Of a DNA stretch of 64,000 nucleotides, positions 40,601 through 53,327 are shown piece by piece; the stretch's first letter is position 1, and every line of letters starts with the position of its first letter. The stretch comes from Paragordius varius (Eukaryota > Animalia > Nematomorpha). The translations under genes were made by a program, and so were the position numbers. Below the pieces are notes generated by a model. It saw nothing but the letters and a program-made list of their open reading frames with translations, was not told where the DNA came from and did no database searches. The stretch lies in assembly GCA_964247055.1 (NCBI GenBank), contig OZ176052.1:7812001-7876000 (forward strand), given 5' to 3'.

Positions 40601-43033
40601 TAAAATAGATGAATTATTTACGATTTAATTGATAAAAGTTAAAAACAAAACGAAAAAGTCAAAGGACCAACTTGAAGTGTTCAAGGGCACTTTTGAAGTG
40701 CAAATGGTATATTGAGTAAAAAAAATAAACCTGGTTAGAATTATTGGTTATGGGTGAGGATATACCACTTGACAAATTGTTTGCCCCATTAGTATTATTA
40801 ACGATTCCGTTTTCAGATAGCGCCCCGTTACTTTGATATTGAATCGAATTGCTGTTGCTATTGCTTTTTTGATGATGAGTAGGATAAATACCACCATTAA
40901 AATTGGTAATATTATTATTATGATTATTAATGTTCATATTGGGATTTGGTTGTAACACATAGGCTGTAGGGGTCATTGGTGTGGGTGTTCCGAATCCTGG
41001 TAGCCCATAGTTTTGATTTTGACCTGTGGCTGCATATGCCGCTAACCAATTGTTTAAGTATTCATCTATTGTGCAAAAATGCAATACAAACACGATAAAT
41101 GTAGCAAATATTATTTTTGCAAATGAAATGAGTTAGTAAAAGCCAAAACTGTATAATTTATTATCATGGTCAGCAGTAAAGCGAATTTAAACTTTCATGG
41201 GTAACGATTAAAATTCAACTGTTTTTTTAAAATAAAAGTGATTAGTCCCTCAAAAGCGTAAGCTGGTTGCATATAAAGATTTAGAGATCAGACAAACAAA
41301 TAATTAGCATTATTGTGGTAGGTGTATTGTTTGGGCGGCATTCATCATTATTTTTACAAATCACGAACTATCAAACGGTCTGCATCTGAAAATAAGACCA
41401 ATTAAAAAGCGGGTTAATGATTCGAACACCAAATTTTCGGGCTAACATTTTTGCAAGTATTTTTAAAAAATAATACATGGGCGTTAAAAATATGGATATA
41501 AAATGACATAAATATAAAAAACAAAAATATGGAATTACTTAAGACAGCTATAATTTTTTGAAATTAGTTAAGCATTTTGGGGATTTTTAATTATAGCATA
41601 ACATTTAAAAATCATCAGTCAAGCAACGATCCAAATAATTTCGTTAAAACTTTCGAATAAAATCGAATATCTTTGTAGCTTTGATCGATTAGCAAGTGCA
41701 AACATAACCGAATTTCAAAAGCCCCTTGAAGTTAATTTTTTGAGTATAATATTATAATTTCAAGTCAAACGTCATATATCTCAAATTTTTATGCGTTTTT
41801 AAAAAATTTTAAATGCCCAGCTTGCATGCTGATCAACCAAATTAATATCAACAATTTCCAAGTGGTGTGAAAAAAGTGTGAAAGTAACTTTTTACTGTTT
41901 ATTGATGGCGATTGTTGCATCATTTTATCGCCGGGATTTCCGTCAAAAGCTGTAGCGGTTGATTGAGCAGAATTAGATAAGGGCTGTGCTCCTCCTCCAA
42001 TCACAATATGTTGGGGTTGAGGCGTGGTCGATGCACCCAAAGGCGACGAAGCTGCATGATGAAACCCCAAAGGGATCAACCCTGATGGTGCCGGTGTTGT
42101 TTGATGTACTACATTTTGTTGTTGCAAATATTGTGGATTAATCACATTATTACCAAACAAGGGACTATTTGCATTAGCGTTGCTCATCATTAAGTTTGAT
42201 GGAAGAGTTTGTTGTTGAGGATGAAAAATTAATTGATTGGCGGCTGCTGCTGCTTGGTTTTGTTGAAAACTTGGAAGTAAAATGGTGGTGGCCGTGCCAT
42301 TGAGTGACCCCAGCGCAGGGAAATAATGGTGAGTCGCGCCGCCCTGGAAATGGATGTTTTGTGTTGCTTCAAACATACCATTTGTTGCAAGGGAGCCACC
42401 TGGGCCAAATGCACATGCTCCCATGGTAGCGGCTTGCATTATTTTAGTAGCAGTAGTCATATTTGATTGCTACAAATATTGTTGTAAAAGTAAATTAGTA
42501 AGCTGTGATTAACAAAAAAAGGATTTTTAAAATTTAAGAATTTAAAATTTCTATTGTATTTACGAGTTAAGCGACCAATTTAAATATTAGCAAAGTACTT
42601 GTTTTTTGATGGCAGGTCCGACATTCAATTTTCGGTCTTTAAAGGAGAGGGAATCCGACTAAAAATAATCATACAAAAAAGTATACCATTGAATTAACTT
42701 TCTTTACATCTTCTTCGGATTCAAATGTAACAAAACCATAACTGAAATTTAAAATTTATATTACCCTTTGGATATACCAGCTCGGTCATATATAATTTTT
42801 ACATCTTTAACACTACCGTATTCCGAAAAAAACTTTGATAATTCATTTTCTAAAGTCTATCAAGATTTTAAAATTTTATTAACTTGAGTAGGGATACCAC
42901 CAACAAAAATTCTGTTAGGAATAACCACGCCGTATTTGGGTGGATGGGTATCATTTATTGGTGAAATCATATTGGATACCATGTCTAAATTGTTTTCTTT
43001 ACTAATCTAATAAAATAAAAATTTATTTACCAT
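37624..43033 (-). CDS. boule: Boule (DAZ-family RRM RNA-binding protein) with a very long low-complexity C-terminus, 10 coding exons, about 842 aa
   Basis: Minus-strand exons: 43031-43033 (ATG), 42884-43006, 42765-42856, 42687-42741, 42599-42658, 41896-42469, 40731-41065, 39883-39948, 39090-39431, 37624-38502 (2529 nt). RRM reads PKYGVVIPNRIFVGGIP-TLENELSKFFSEYGSVKDVKIIYDRAGISKGYGFVTFESEEDV-KDRKLNVGPAIKKQ, typical of Boule/DAZL. The RRM call is firm; linkage of the last four exons rests on splice-phase compatibility. Confidence 0.88.
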
Positions 43034-44042
43034 TGTTAATTATCATATAACGATGTCAAAAATAAATAAAACGGTGTCCAATCATATAAAAATGTTTTTG
43101 GAAGAAGCGTTAATTGACCAATTTAGATACAACCTTCATGCTAAATAGGTTATTAATATATGCAAATTTGTTTTACCTTAAACTTTTTTGTCAAAAAGTT
43201 GGATACTTTTTTTAACCTTTAGGTGTTGCTTTTGCTAAAATTTTTCAAAACCACAAGTCTTTTTAAGTACCATGTTGTGGGATAAACAAACAAACAAATG
43301 CGAATAAACAATGTGGTACATATGGCGTAAACAAGAACATTATTATTTTTAGTAAGATATTCAGAATGTTCTAATTAATTAATTAATTAAAATGCGGTTT
43401 ATATGAAAAGATTAAAATATGATTGGAGACTTATTTTATTAATTATATATTTTTATTTGTGAAATAATTTTGTAGGTTAAGATGTTTAGGCCTAAAAATC
43501 TTTTAATTTAAATCAGTGAAAACGGAACTACTCAGAACCAACCTCGTCTCATAGAATGTTTCCGATGGGTTGTTTAACTTTTCGGGATCAAAATAATTGA
43601 AGCAACATTAAACTTCCGCCCAACGTAATTGTTATATTGCACTAGAATTTAGTTAGTCCGTATGTAACTCTGCTTTAATTTTAAATCATTTATTTTTAAA
43701 ATATTTTATACCTTTAAACTCTCGATTATCGAATTTATTTTGAATTAATGTATATTATTTAAAAATTTGGGTCCCTCAATTAAGAAACCATTTTTTATCT
43801 CTCAAAAAATCATAGATGGTGTGCTTAAATCTATAGGCTTACTTTCCATGTTTACATTTAAAAGTTACATTAAATTTTGTGAAGCATTTAAAGATGCCCT
43901 TGTTAAATATTAGAAATAACAAAAAATAATTATTTTTTAATATATTAATTAAATGTGTTATATGTATAGTTTAAGCATAATATACATTAAAAATAAATTG
44001 GCATCATCAAAAACATAATTATCTATGAAAGTCCATATAGAC

Positions 44043-44322
44043 TACCGGTGTCCACACAAATGGCTTCGCGGGCCGTTTTCTAAGATCAAAAAATCCGAGC
44101 CGTGCAAAATGCATGGGCATAAACCAATATTTTATTAGATTTCAAACATAAAATTGTAAAAACTACTATTTATTTGCAATTTTTGCTAGTTCATTGCCAA
44201 AATTCAAGAAGATTATTTAAGAAATTTGTTTAAGTAAGATTTATTTTATTTAAAATTTATCGGGAGCCACAGAAAATTTCTGGAGGTCAGAACCTAACCC
44301 GAGCGCTAGTTGTACACTCCTG
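44043..44322. mobile_element. MITE family A copy
   Basis: TACCGGTGTCCACACAAATGGCTTCGCGGGCCG ... GTTGTACACTCCTG; flanks ATATAGAC / ATATAGGT. Confidence 0.7.
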
Positions 44323-45186
44323 ATATAGGTATAATTTAGGTCATAAATCTAGGGCCTGGATAAATCTTTGATGGCTCCATCCATTATATATATTCATAGT
44401 TTTGTTTACTTGACTTTTATACTGAAAATTAAACACCACCCAATCTGCCCTCAAAAACAATGATTCTAAACAACTAACCCCTTTAGCCTTTTTATTACAG
44501 AGAGTTCCTGTTTTCCCGTGCGTACAACCCCTGTGCTAAATATATGAAAGCTAAAAAATGATATTTGATGTTTATGTAGCCCAGTTAGATCATAACCAAA
44601 CTCAAGTTCTAAGTCTAAAAAACTTTGGAAATTAAATAAAAATTAAAAATATGATTTGTGTCTAAAATGATGAGGTGGAATATCAGGATAAAAATATAAT
44701 TTATTGTTCTTATAAAATCTATCCAAGTGTATCGACTGGTAGAAAGTTAATTATCATATTTCAAACAGGACATAGAGGTTGTCGATAAGTACAATAAATA
44801 TAATGTAAATTCAACAAAAACAAAATAAAAAACGGACCCTGGTTAAAATAGCTTTATTTAATTAGTAAATTGTCTTCTTTAATGATTTAAATATCAAATT
44901 GCTAAACGTTCCAGTAGAAACTAATAAAATAAGACCGACCATTAAACGCATAAAAACCATATATATATGAATACTGGTACGAACCTACTTAATCATACAT
45001 AAATGGCCCAAAATGGTTCTAATATTAAAATGATAGTCAAAACATAATTTGTAAAAAATAAAAAATAATTAGGCCAATTGTCAAACAATTTCGCTTGTCA
45101 GAGCATTCGGATGCATTTTAAAGGCATCAATTTAATTTATATCGTGTGCTACTACAAAGACAGGAATCTAAAAAAATATCTTATAT

Positions 45187-47430
45187 CAGTGGTACTCACC
45201 AAAAAAATTTGACGGGCCAAATAAAATATAGTTTTTTCAGGGACCATAAATTTTATAATGGCAAATATTCCATAGCTATTTGACGCATATGATAATGTGA
45301 CCAGATAGGCTGTTTTTCGCAGTACAGTACTGGATTTTCAGAAAAATACTGCGACTGTACTGCGCCCACTTTTGTACTGGTTTTTAAAAAAATTTAATTA
45401 TTAATAATTTTATATTAATTACCTTTTATTTATTCGAAAAAGATATATTCCCTCTGTAAAAACAAGCCCATAATCTGTAGAGAAATGGTTCATTTTGCGG
45501 TAAAAAACTAAGATTGGTCTATTTTTAATTGGTTAATATTTTATTTTCTGCTCGAATTATAAAATTGGATTTTGTATCGGTCAACCGCTTATGATTGCAG
45601 GCTTTCGCAAAGTGGCGATAAAAATCTCAGAATCCACCGTAAGATTCAGGCCTATGGCTCTTTCACTCAGGGCTTCTGCAAAAAGAGGTGCCTCAAAATT
45701 TAAAATTAACAAAAAATATTTATGATATTTAAATAAATGTTTGATCAAGTTTAGAAAGTTAATTTTTTGTTATATCAAACCGAAAATTGTATGGAAAATT
45801 GTTACAGTAACTTCTATTTAAAATTTATTATATATGGCATATGATTTTGAAATACCCTTTTTTTCGTAAAAATTAAGAGTTTTTATTTACGTTTACTCAT
45901 TAGGTGGGAGGTATGATATTACTTAATTTTTTCCTAAACTTTAATTTTTTGAGTCTTCTTTTTTTGCATTAACAAATTTGAGATATTTTGTTGAAGGTTC
46001 TTCAAACTATTTTGAAGCATGATGGAAACGCTATAACGCTTTAAAATATAATAAAACCCTTTTTCTAAATAATTCAATGATGCTGAACATTACTACAGTT
46101 TGTTTAATTTAAAGGTTTGTTTGCTTGCAAATTTTGGAACAAACACAATTTTTATTTAAAATAAATTGTAAAAAAAACGAATATTTTACTCAAAATTCTG
46201 AGCGAGAAAAATGTTAACCATTATCGAATTATATTAAATGGTATAACATCTCAAACGTTTATTTTCGTTTCCATCATGCTTAAAATAGTATGACGCTTCA
46301 ACAAAATGCTAAAAATTAAATTTTGAAATGCATTTTTTAAAAAATATATTTAGTTTTGATATCAATATTTAGCATATATTAAAAAATATTGCACAATGTC
46401 GGAATTTTCGCGCTCATTTTAATAGAACAGTCCATTTTAAAAGAACCGAAAAATTTGAGACTTTCAGAGCTCATATCTAAAAATTTTAACCACAAGCACC
46501 ATAATAATTCTGATATTTTCCTATCAGAATATATATATTTTATGATTTTTGGAAACTGTGTAATATACCACACCGATGGTGTAAAAACTGCAAAGTATGT
46601 TTTAATTTTGTACTGCGTCAAAGTTTAAAATATATGGTCACATTAGCATATGACCATGTTTATACTCTAAATCAGCACAATGAATCTTTTGTGGATCGCA
46701 TGTAATCCATCTAAAAACTCGTTTTGCACATTTAGTTTAAAAAATTAAAAAAATTAAAAAAATTTGACAACATTTATCTTGATAATAACCAATAATTATT
46801 GACAAATTTGGTTTGGCCTCATGACAGGCCAATCTTAATACCTCGTTCATATGATCATGAGTTAAGCGATTACTGTATGTATTCTTGACATACTTCATTT
46901 TTGAATATGCCGCTCACGAGTGTAAGTTCAGAGAAAAACAGTTAGGATAACTTGAGCACATTTTTTTATATTCTCATATTTATTTGGCTATCTTGCCAAA
47001 ACTCTTCTTGAATATAGTCTCCAAATTGGAATCATTTTCAAAATCTACGAACAATGATATGCGCCAGATCAAAACCGAAATTCTTAAGTTGTTTAATATT
47101 GAATATATCAATATGCCATGGATTTTCAACGAGTTAATGCCTAATTCTTCAAATCTGAATTTCATCTCATTAAATAATAAATGATTGTCTATTATTAAAT
47201 TCCGCGGTAAATTCCATATTTTGTTCATGAATCGTTTTAATTGTTGGAAATTATAGGAGTGTTTTATTTATTAAATCTTGTTTATATATTATTAATTTTT
47301 CTTCAAAATTAAATATTTGATTAGCAAATTGAGTTATTGCTCCCTAAGTAATGTCGCAAAGGTAGGCTAATTTAACCACCATTTGTGACTATTAATTTCC
47401 TTGTCAAACTTTCCCTTATCTTATATAAAT
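45187..47430 (-). mobile_element. Second, diverged copy of the same hAT family; 3' part only, reverse orientation, interrupted at 45290-46648
   Basis: Begins CAGTGGTACTCACCAAAAAAATTTGACGGGCC, the reverse complement of the right end of 24502-26795. Homology resumes at 46649 and runs to about 47430 (equivalent to about 25960-26690). Confidence 0.88.
45290..46648. mobile_element. Unclassified 1.36-kb TIR element inserted in hAT copy 2
   Basis: Imperfect TIRs TGATAATGTGACCAGATA / TATATGGTCACATTAGCA. TA (or ATAT) duplication. Removing the element plus the duplication restores colinearity with hAT copy 1. Confidence 0.75.
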
Positions 47431-47435
47431 TGATA

Positions 47436-50400
47436 TGTAGTTGATATTACAACATTGCATCATTGTATTGTTATCTTACATCATATTATTATTATATTAA
47501 TCGCGTTTGGCGTTTATGTCGTGCGTCATTATTCGTGGAATTCTCATATAAATCTTCGTACAATAGACATATTCTTACAATTGTGACGCACATGCATGTT
47601 AAAATTATAACTAATAAAAAGTATAAATATCACGAAATTTTAATAAATTAATTATTATTTGTAATTTGACCATTTATATTTCATTTGACGATGGATGGAG
47701 ATTTCAATGAAGGATACGATGACACTTATGATTTTGCCACCTACATCAGATATGTCAAAAGGGTTATGATCTCCAAAAATGTTGATATTAATGATGATAA
47801 TATCAAAGTACTGTTTTTGGCTGGAGCTGGTCTTAAAACAATAAATAAGATCGAAACAATGATTTTTCCAGAATCAATTGATGATGCTCCTTGGTCCATA
47901 ATTCATGACATTGGTAAACCTTTCTCACCCGCCAAGTCTGTCTTCGCTGCAAGGTTTGAGTTTGCTCGTTTGCGGAGAAAGGATGGAGAAACATACACGG
48001 AATTTTTCCAAAGAGTCAAGAGTGTGGCGGAAAAGGCTGAATTTTAAACAGAGGTGGAGGAGAGAATTAGAGACAGTTTCGTGGCTGGATGAAACTTGCA
48101 ATCATTGGAAGTGGATCTTTATTTACGATTCCCGGATGGGAAGTGTGATGGGAAGGCGGTGTCATTAACCACCATTGTCGACATGGCCTTGGCCTAGGAA
48201 CTTGCAAGGGCCGATATTGCCTCCCATGTGTCGTCAAGCAGTATCCTCAAAATTCAAAAGAATCGATCGAATAATAATAATAATTATAAAAGTAATAATG
48301 TGGAATATAAAAAAAATGATGATGGCAATAATAATAAATGGAAGTGGAGATGTGGCAAATGTGGTAAATCGCATATATCTAAACAATGTCCCGCGTTCGG
48401 AAAAATATGCCACAATTGTAATAAAAAAATCATTTTCAGGCAATGTGTCGCCATAAAAAACGATATAGTGATAATATAAACGCTAATTGAAATAAATGGG
48501 GCACACAAGCGAACATTTGCGCTACGATTAATGGCCAAGCTCTCAGTATGGTTTTTGATACTGGAGCTGCTGCTTCTCTGATTAATAAAAAGTCTGGAAG
48601 ACGGTGGGAGCACCGTTACTAAAAAGTGCTCCCAGATTAACTTTCTACGGAAACAACCCAATCAAACTCTTGGGAAAAACAGTTGTCAATGTAACAATGG
48701 GAAGTACGAAGAAATTAGAATGTTTTGTGACGGAAGAAGAGCTATCTCCGATATTTGGCTGCCTTGGATCATTGGTTGTGGCATGACCTTACCGGATAAC
48801 GTGAAAGTTAATCAAATAATATCTAATAATAATACTGATCATGATGATGTATTCAAGCGATTTCCAAAACTCTTTAGTGGGGAATTGGGTTGTTACAACG
48901 GTGATCCTGTTAAATTGTATGTTCGATCAGATGCAATACCAAAAGTCTGCGCTGCACGGCGAATTCCATTGGCACTACAGAGTAAAGTAGAGATGGAAAT
49001 GCAGAGACTGATGGACCTGGGGATAGTGAGTCCCGTTGATCGTACACAACACCATGTGGAATGGGCGACTCCTACGGTTAACGTCGTAAAAACTAATGGG
49101 GAAATTAGGGTGTGCGCTGATTTCCGGGTAACAATCAATTCTTTGATGGAGAACATATCTCAGATTATCCCGATATTTGACACGACCGCGTCTAAATGTG
49201 CGGGATCCACATGGTTCTCGTCCATTGATTTAAAGGACTTACCTTCGAATTCCGGTGGATGAGGAGAGCAAAAAATATTTGGTTATTATTAGCCCGATGG
49301 GATATTTCCAATTTAATCTTCTACCATTTGGATTGAAGGTTTCCCCCATGCTTTTCCAGAGAATAATGGATGAGGTACTCAAAGATTACAGGGGCACAAT
49401 GGCTTATCACGACGATGTATTGATTGTTGGTAAACGAAAGATGAACATGATAAAAATCTTAACGAGACCCTAACAAGGATACAAAAATTCGGTTTTACAT
49501 TAAGGAAAGATAAACTGAAACTTTATCAGAACAATATTAAATTCCTGGGTTTTGAGCTATTAAAACAGGGAATTCGTCCTGTACAAGATAAAATTGACGT
49601 CATTACGAAATGTGCGACACCTACCAATAAAATTGAGTTAAGATCATTTTTGGGATTGCTCAATTTTTATGAACGTTTTCCTGGCTTACATGTCAAAGTT
49701 AGTAATCTATATGCACTAACAGGATCCAAAAAGGAATGGAGATGGTCACAAGAACATCAAAATGAATTTAAGCAAGCAAAAAACTTAATATCAAGAGAAT
49801 CTTTACTTGCCACTTATAACATATATAATAAAACAATAATACAAGTGGATACGTCTACAAAAGGCTTTGGAGCTGTACTTCTGCAAATGGAGAATAAGAG
49901 AATGGTACCAATTGCATTCGCGTCAAGAAAATGCCAGAATGCAGAGAAAAATTATTCTGTGATTGAATTGGAAACTAAGGCTTTGCTGGGTTAGAAAAAT
50001 TACATTATTATATATATGGCCACAAATGTGAGATCTGGTCAGATCATAAGCCGTTAGTTCATTTGTTCGGAAACAATCGGAAGTTAAGTGATATTAAAAA
50101 CTGTAAATTGTTAAGATGGATCTACAAGGCCGCAGCGTATGATATTGATATGAAATATATAGCGGGATCGACAAACATGGCCGATGTGTTTTCAAGACTT
50201 CCCGAAAAGAGTCAGACACCATTAGCCAATGATGATGAATATGTGGCCGAAAAAAATCCGACAAATCGCATTCAAGGATTTAAATTTAAATAAAACCCAA
50301 ATAAAAAAAGCTTGTTTGGAGGATAAACTGTTTAAACGATTACGTATGGCACTTAAAAATAATGATTGGTCAACACCGGAATAATCCGCATTCAAAGCCG

Positions 50401-51390
50401 GGAGAAATGATCTTAAACAAGCTGATGGTTTCTTATATGTTGGTGATCGGTTGGTTATCCCAACAACTGCGCGAAGACTAATTTTGGCTTGGTTTCATGC
50501 TGGACATCCAGGGATCGTTGCTATGAAAAACACAGGTCGTTGGTGTTTTGGCCCGAAATGGATAAGGACATTGAAAAGTTAGTACACGACTGTCAGTGTT
50601 GTCAGAGGAACAGGGCGAACATTGCTGAGAATCCGGTATATAAATGGAACTTCAATGTGGGAATATGGGAAAGACTCCATGTGGACATCGCGGGTCCAAT
50701 GTGTGGTAAATATTGGTTGGTTTTAATTGACGCGTTCTCAAGATGGGTGGAGGTGGAGATACTTTGAAGTATTCCATCTGATGTCATTTTGAAACAATTG
50801 GAGAAATGGTTTTCCTCTTATGGTTTTCCAAGAATGTTAGTATCTGATAATGCTACTTATTTCAAATCGTTAAATTTTCGGGAAAGGATGACAAATTGGA
50901 AAACATGTGACGTCTGCTCCCTATCACCCAAGGACGAATGGTTTGGTGGAAAGAGTGATTTACACGTTGAAATCCAGATTTCCTTCTACGATGATGACTG
51001 GCGTAAAGAGTCAAGAGGCTTTAAATAATGTATTATTGACCTTCGAAACTGATGGCATAATGAAATAAAGACGACTCCCACATCGTTGTTTTTGAAGAGG
51101 AACATCAACCACCATTGAATTGGTTGCAAGATAAAGAAGCGCCTAAAGAAAGTACACCACCGAGACCGTTAAGAGAATTTACACCTTCACAGCCAATATT
51201 TATAAAGAATGAGATATCTAAAGGATGGCGACCGGGAACGGTTGAAGTAAGAACGGGGCCTTTGTCGTATGAAGTAAGGGATGAAGAATGGAAAGAGATG
51301 AGGAAACATGCCGATCCACTGAGGCGGGATGGTGAGCGGAGTGAGGCCCCCAGGTGTTACCCAGATCGAGTCCGCAAACCTCCTAAGCGT
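47436..51390 (+). mobile_element. Decayed Ty3/Gypsy LTR retrotransposon (Mag-like gag-pol), many frameshifts and stops; candidate 5' LTR 47436-47579; no 3' LTR found
   Basis: Gag 47685-48047; double zinc knuckle CGKCGKSHISKQCPAFGKICHNC; protease MVFDTGAAAS; RT WATPTVNVVK and AYHDDVL; RNase H VDTSTKGFGAVLLQ, DHKPL, ADVFSRLP; integrase HAGHPG...CQCC, HVDIAGP, VSDNA. The order PR-RT-RH-IN indicates Gypsy. The LTR candidate (TGT...TACA) is low confidence. Confidence 0.92.
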
Positions 51391-52711
51391 GAAAGAGACC
51401 TAAAAAGCTCTATGGGAAATATCCGCTGTAATCTCCTAACCTGGTGCCATCTGACTGTAAACTCTTGGAAGTTCTGCAAAAACTTTCATGCATTTACCCT
51501 GTCAGGGAATATTTAAAGTTTTTGGTTTTATAAATCAAATAAAAATCATCCTTTTCTTGTAATATATTATTTTTAAAGGGTGAATTTACATAATATTCGT
51601 AAAATTTATTAATTAAAAGTAAGTATGTTCCAAATTTGTTTCTGTTTTGGAGGTTAGAATAGGGAGTAGTATACAGGGTCGGAAGAGGCTGAGTTGTGAT
51701 TAAATGGTGCTTTTATGGATTGAAGCAACGGGCGCCATATAAGCATTGGTACACTTTTATATAAATGAAACTGCCTTAGAACCGAGTTTATATGAATCAA
51801 TTAATAAACTTAAATAATAATAATATTTTGAATATGATCTCGGTCAAAATATAGAAAATTTGCAAATATCTTTTTATTATTTCATTTAATGCAAAATAGA
51901 AGATGAATTAGTAATTAGTTTTATGAAACAATAGTGTTCGGACTATCATGCTAAAGATTTATATCCTGAACGGAAAAATCACATATCCTACATATTAAGC
52001 TACATACCAAATAATTAATTTATATTCATATGGTTTTTATTATTAGATTTCTTTCCGCGTGTAAAAAAAAATAAAAACGTAATTATATTTATAGTATATA
52101 AAAAACGCTAAAAATGTTTTAACTTACTCTTTCTTACAAAATATATTTAATTTATAAATTTTAAATCCATATTTCTTTTGCACGTTGGATGGATGGATGT
52201 ATTAATAAATAATATATAGTGGTTTGTAAAATATGCTGCTGTCAAATTTTTACTTTATTTGTTAAAATTTTCATTCGTTTTATAAATATAAATGATAGTT
52301 TTTCCTGCTATGTTGCATATCTTTTTTATATTTATTTTTTTTTAAATTTTATTACAATGTTGGGAATCTTTACATTTTTCCCTTTTTTTGAATATAAAAA
52401 AAATTAAAAATATCCACTTGAATTTTACGTTTTATATATGGAAACTGAAGTGACATTTACCTACTTATTTCAGTGAGTTTGAAATTTTTCCATATCTCAC
52501 ATAAATAAATTAACACCTTTCTTTTTTTATGATTAATTCATAATTGCAAATTGAATGACCATTTAAACGCAAAATATACATGTATATCAATTACAATTTG
52601 ATTCTCTATACCTACATATATGCCTATGGAATAACGATGATACATTTTTGTCTTTTAATGTGTAAATTGATTGCAAAAAAATAAAACTTTTATTCAAAAT
52701 TCGGTCGATCA

Positions 52712-53264
52712 ATGTCAAAATTATATATCCTCCGTTTGCATATCATTCTATTATGGGTAAAATTATCACCCATATTCTCAAATTCAATCATCAATTCAAA
52801 GAACATCTTGCCTTATATCTACTCAACAGATAATAGTTCTCAATCTTTAATTCAATCTATAAACCAACCCAAAGTTGAAATTGTAAAACAACAACAGGGA
52901 AATTCCATCATAAATGATTTCGATAAGGATTCGTGCGATGAAGGTTTTTTTTACCAAATATTTAGTTTTTAACTTATGATGAAATTCCATTTTGAAATTT
53001 ATTATTATCAAACATATAAATTGCTAAGGAGCAAAGTTTCGCTTATAAAATATATTTTGTCCGTCGTAATGAATTCCGCAATATATGATATATTATAGTT
53101 TTACCCATCATTATTTTTTGAAATAATTTGTTTTAAAAGTACATACTTTTAACATAACGTTTGCGGATCAAAAACGGTATAGTATAATGGAAAATTTATA
53201 TTATAAAATTAAATATTACACATTATATAATGAACGAATTCAGGACCTGATAAATTATCACGAA

Positions 53265-53327
<63 letters not shown>

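Noticed and set aside
42470-42502. Earlier acceptor (CACAG at 42503-42504) for boule exon 6
   Set aside because: Reads into an in-frame TAG; the acceptor at 42470-42471 keeps frame.
47463-51516. Many ORF-track entries treated as separate genes
   Set aside because: They are frameshifted fragments or antisense shadows of one decayed Gypsy gag-pol.
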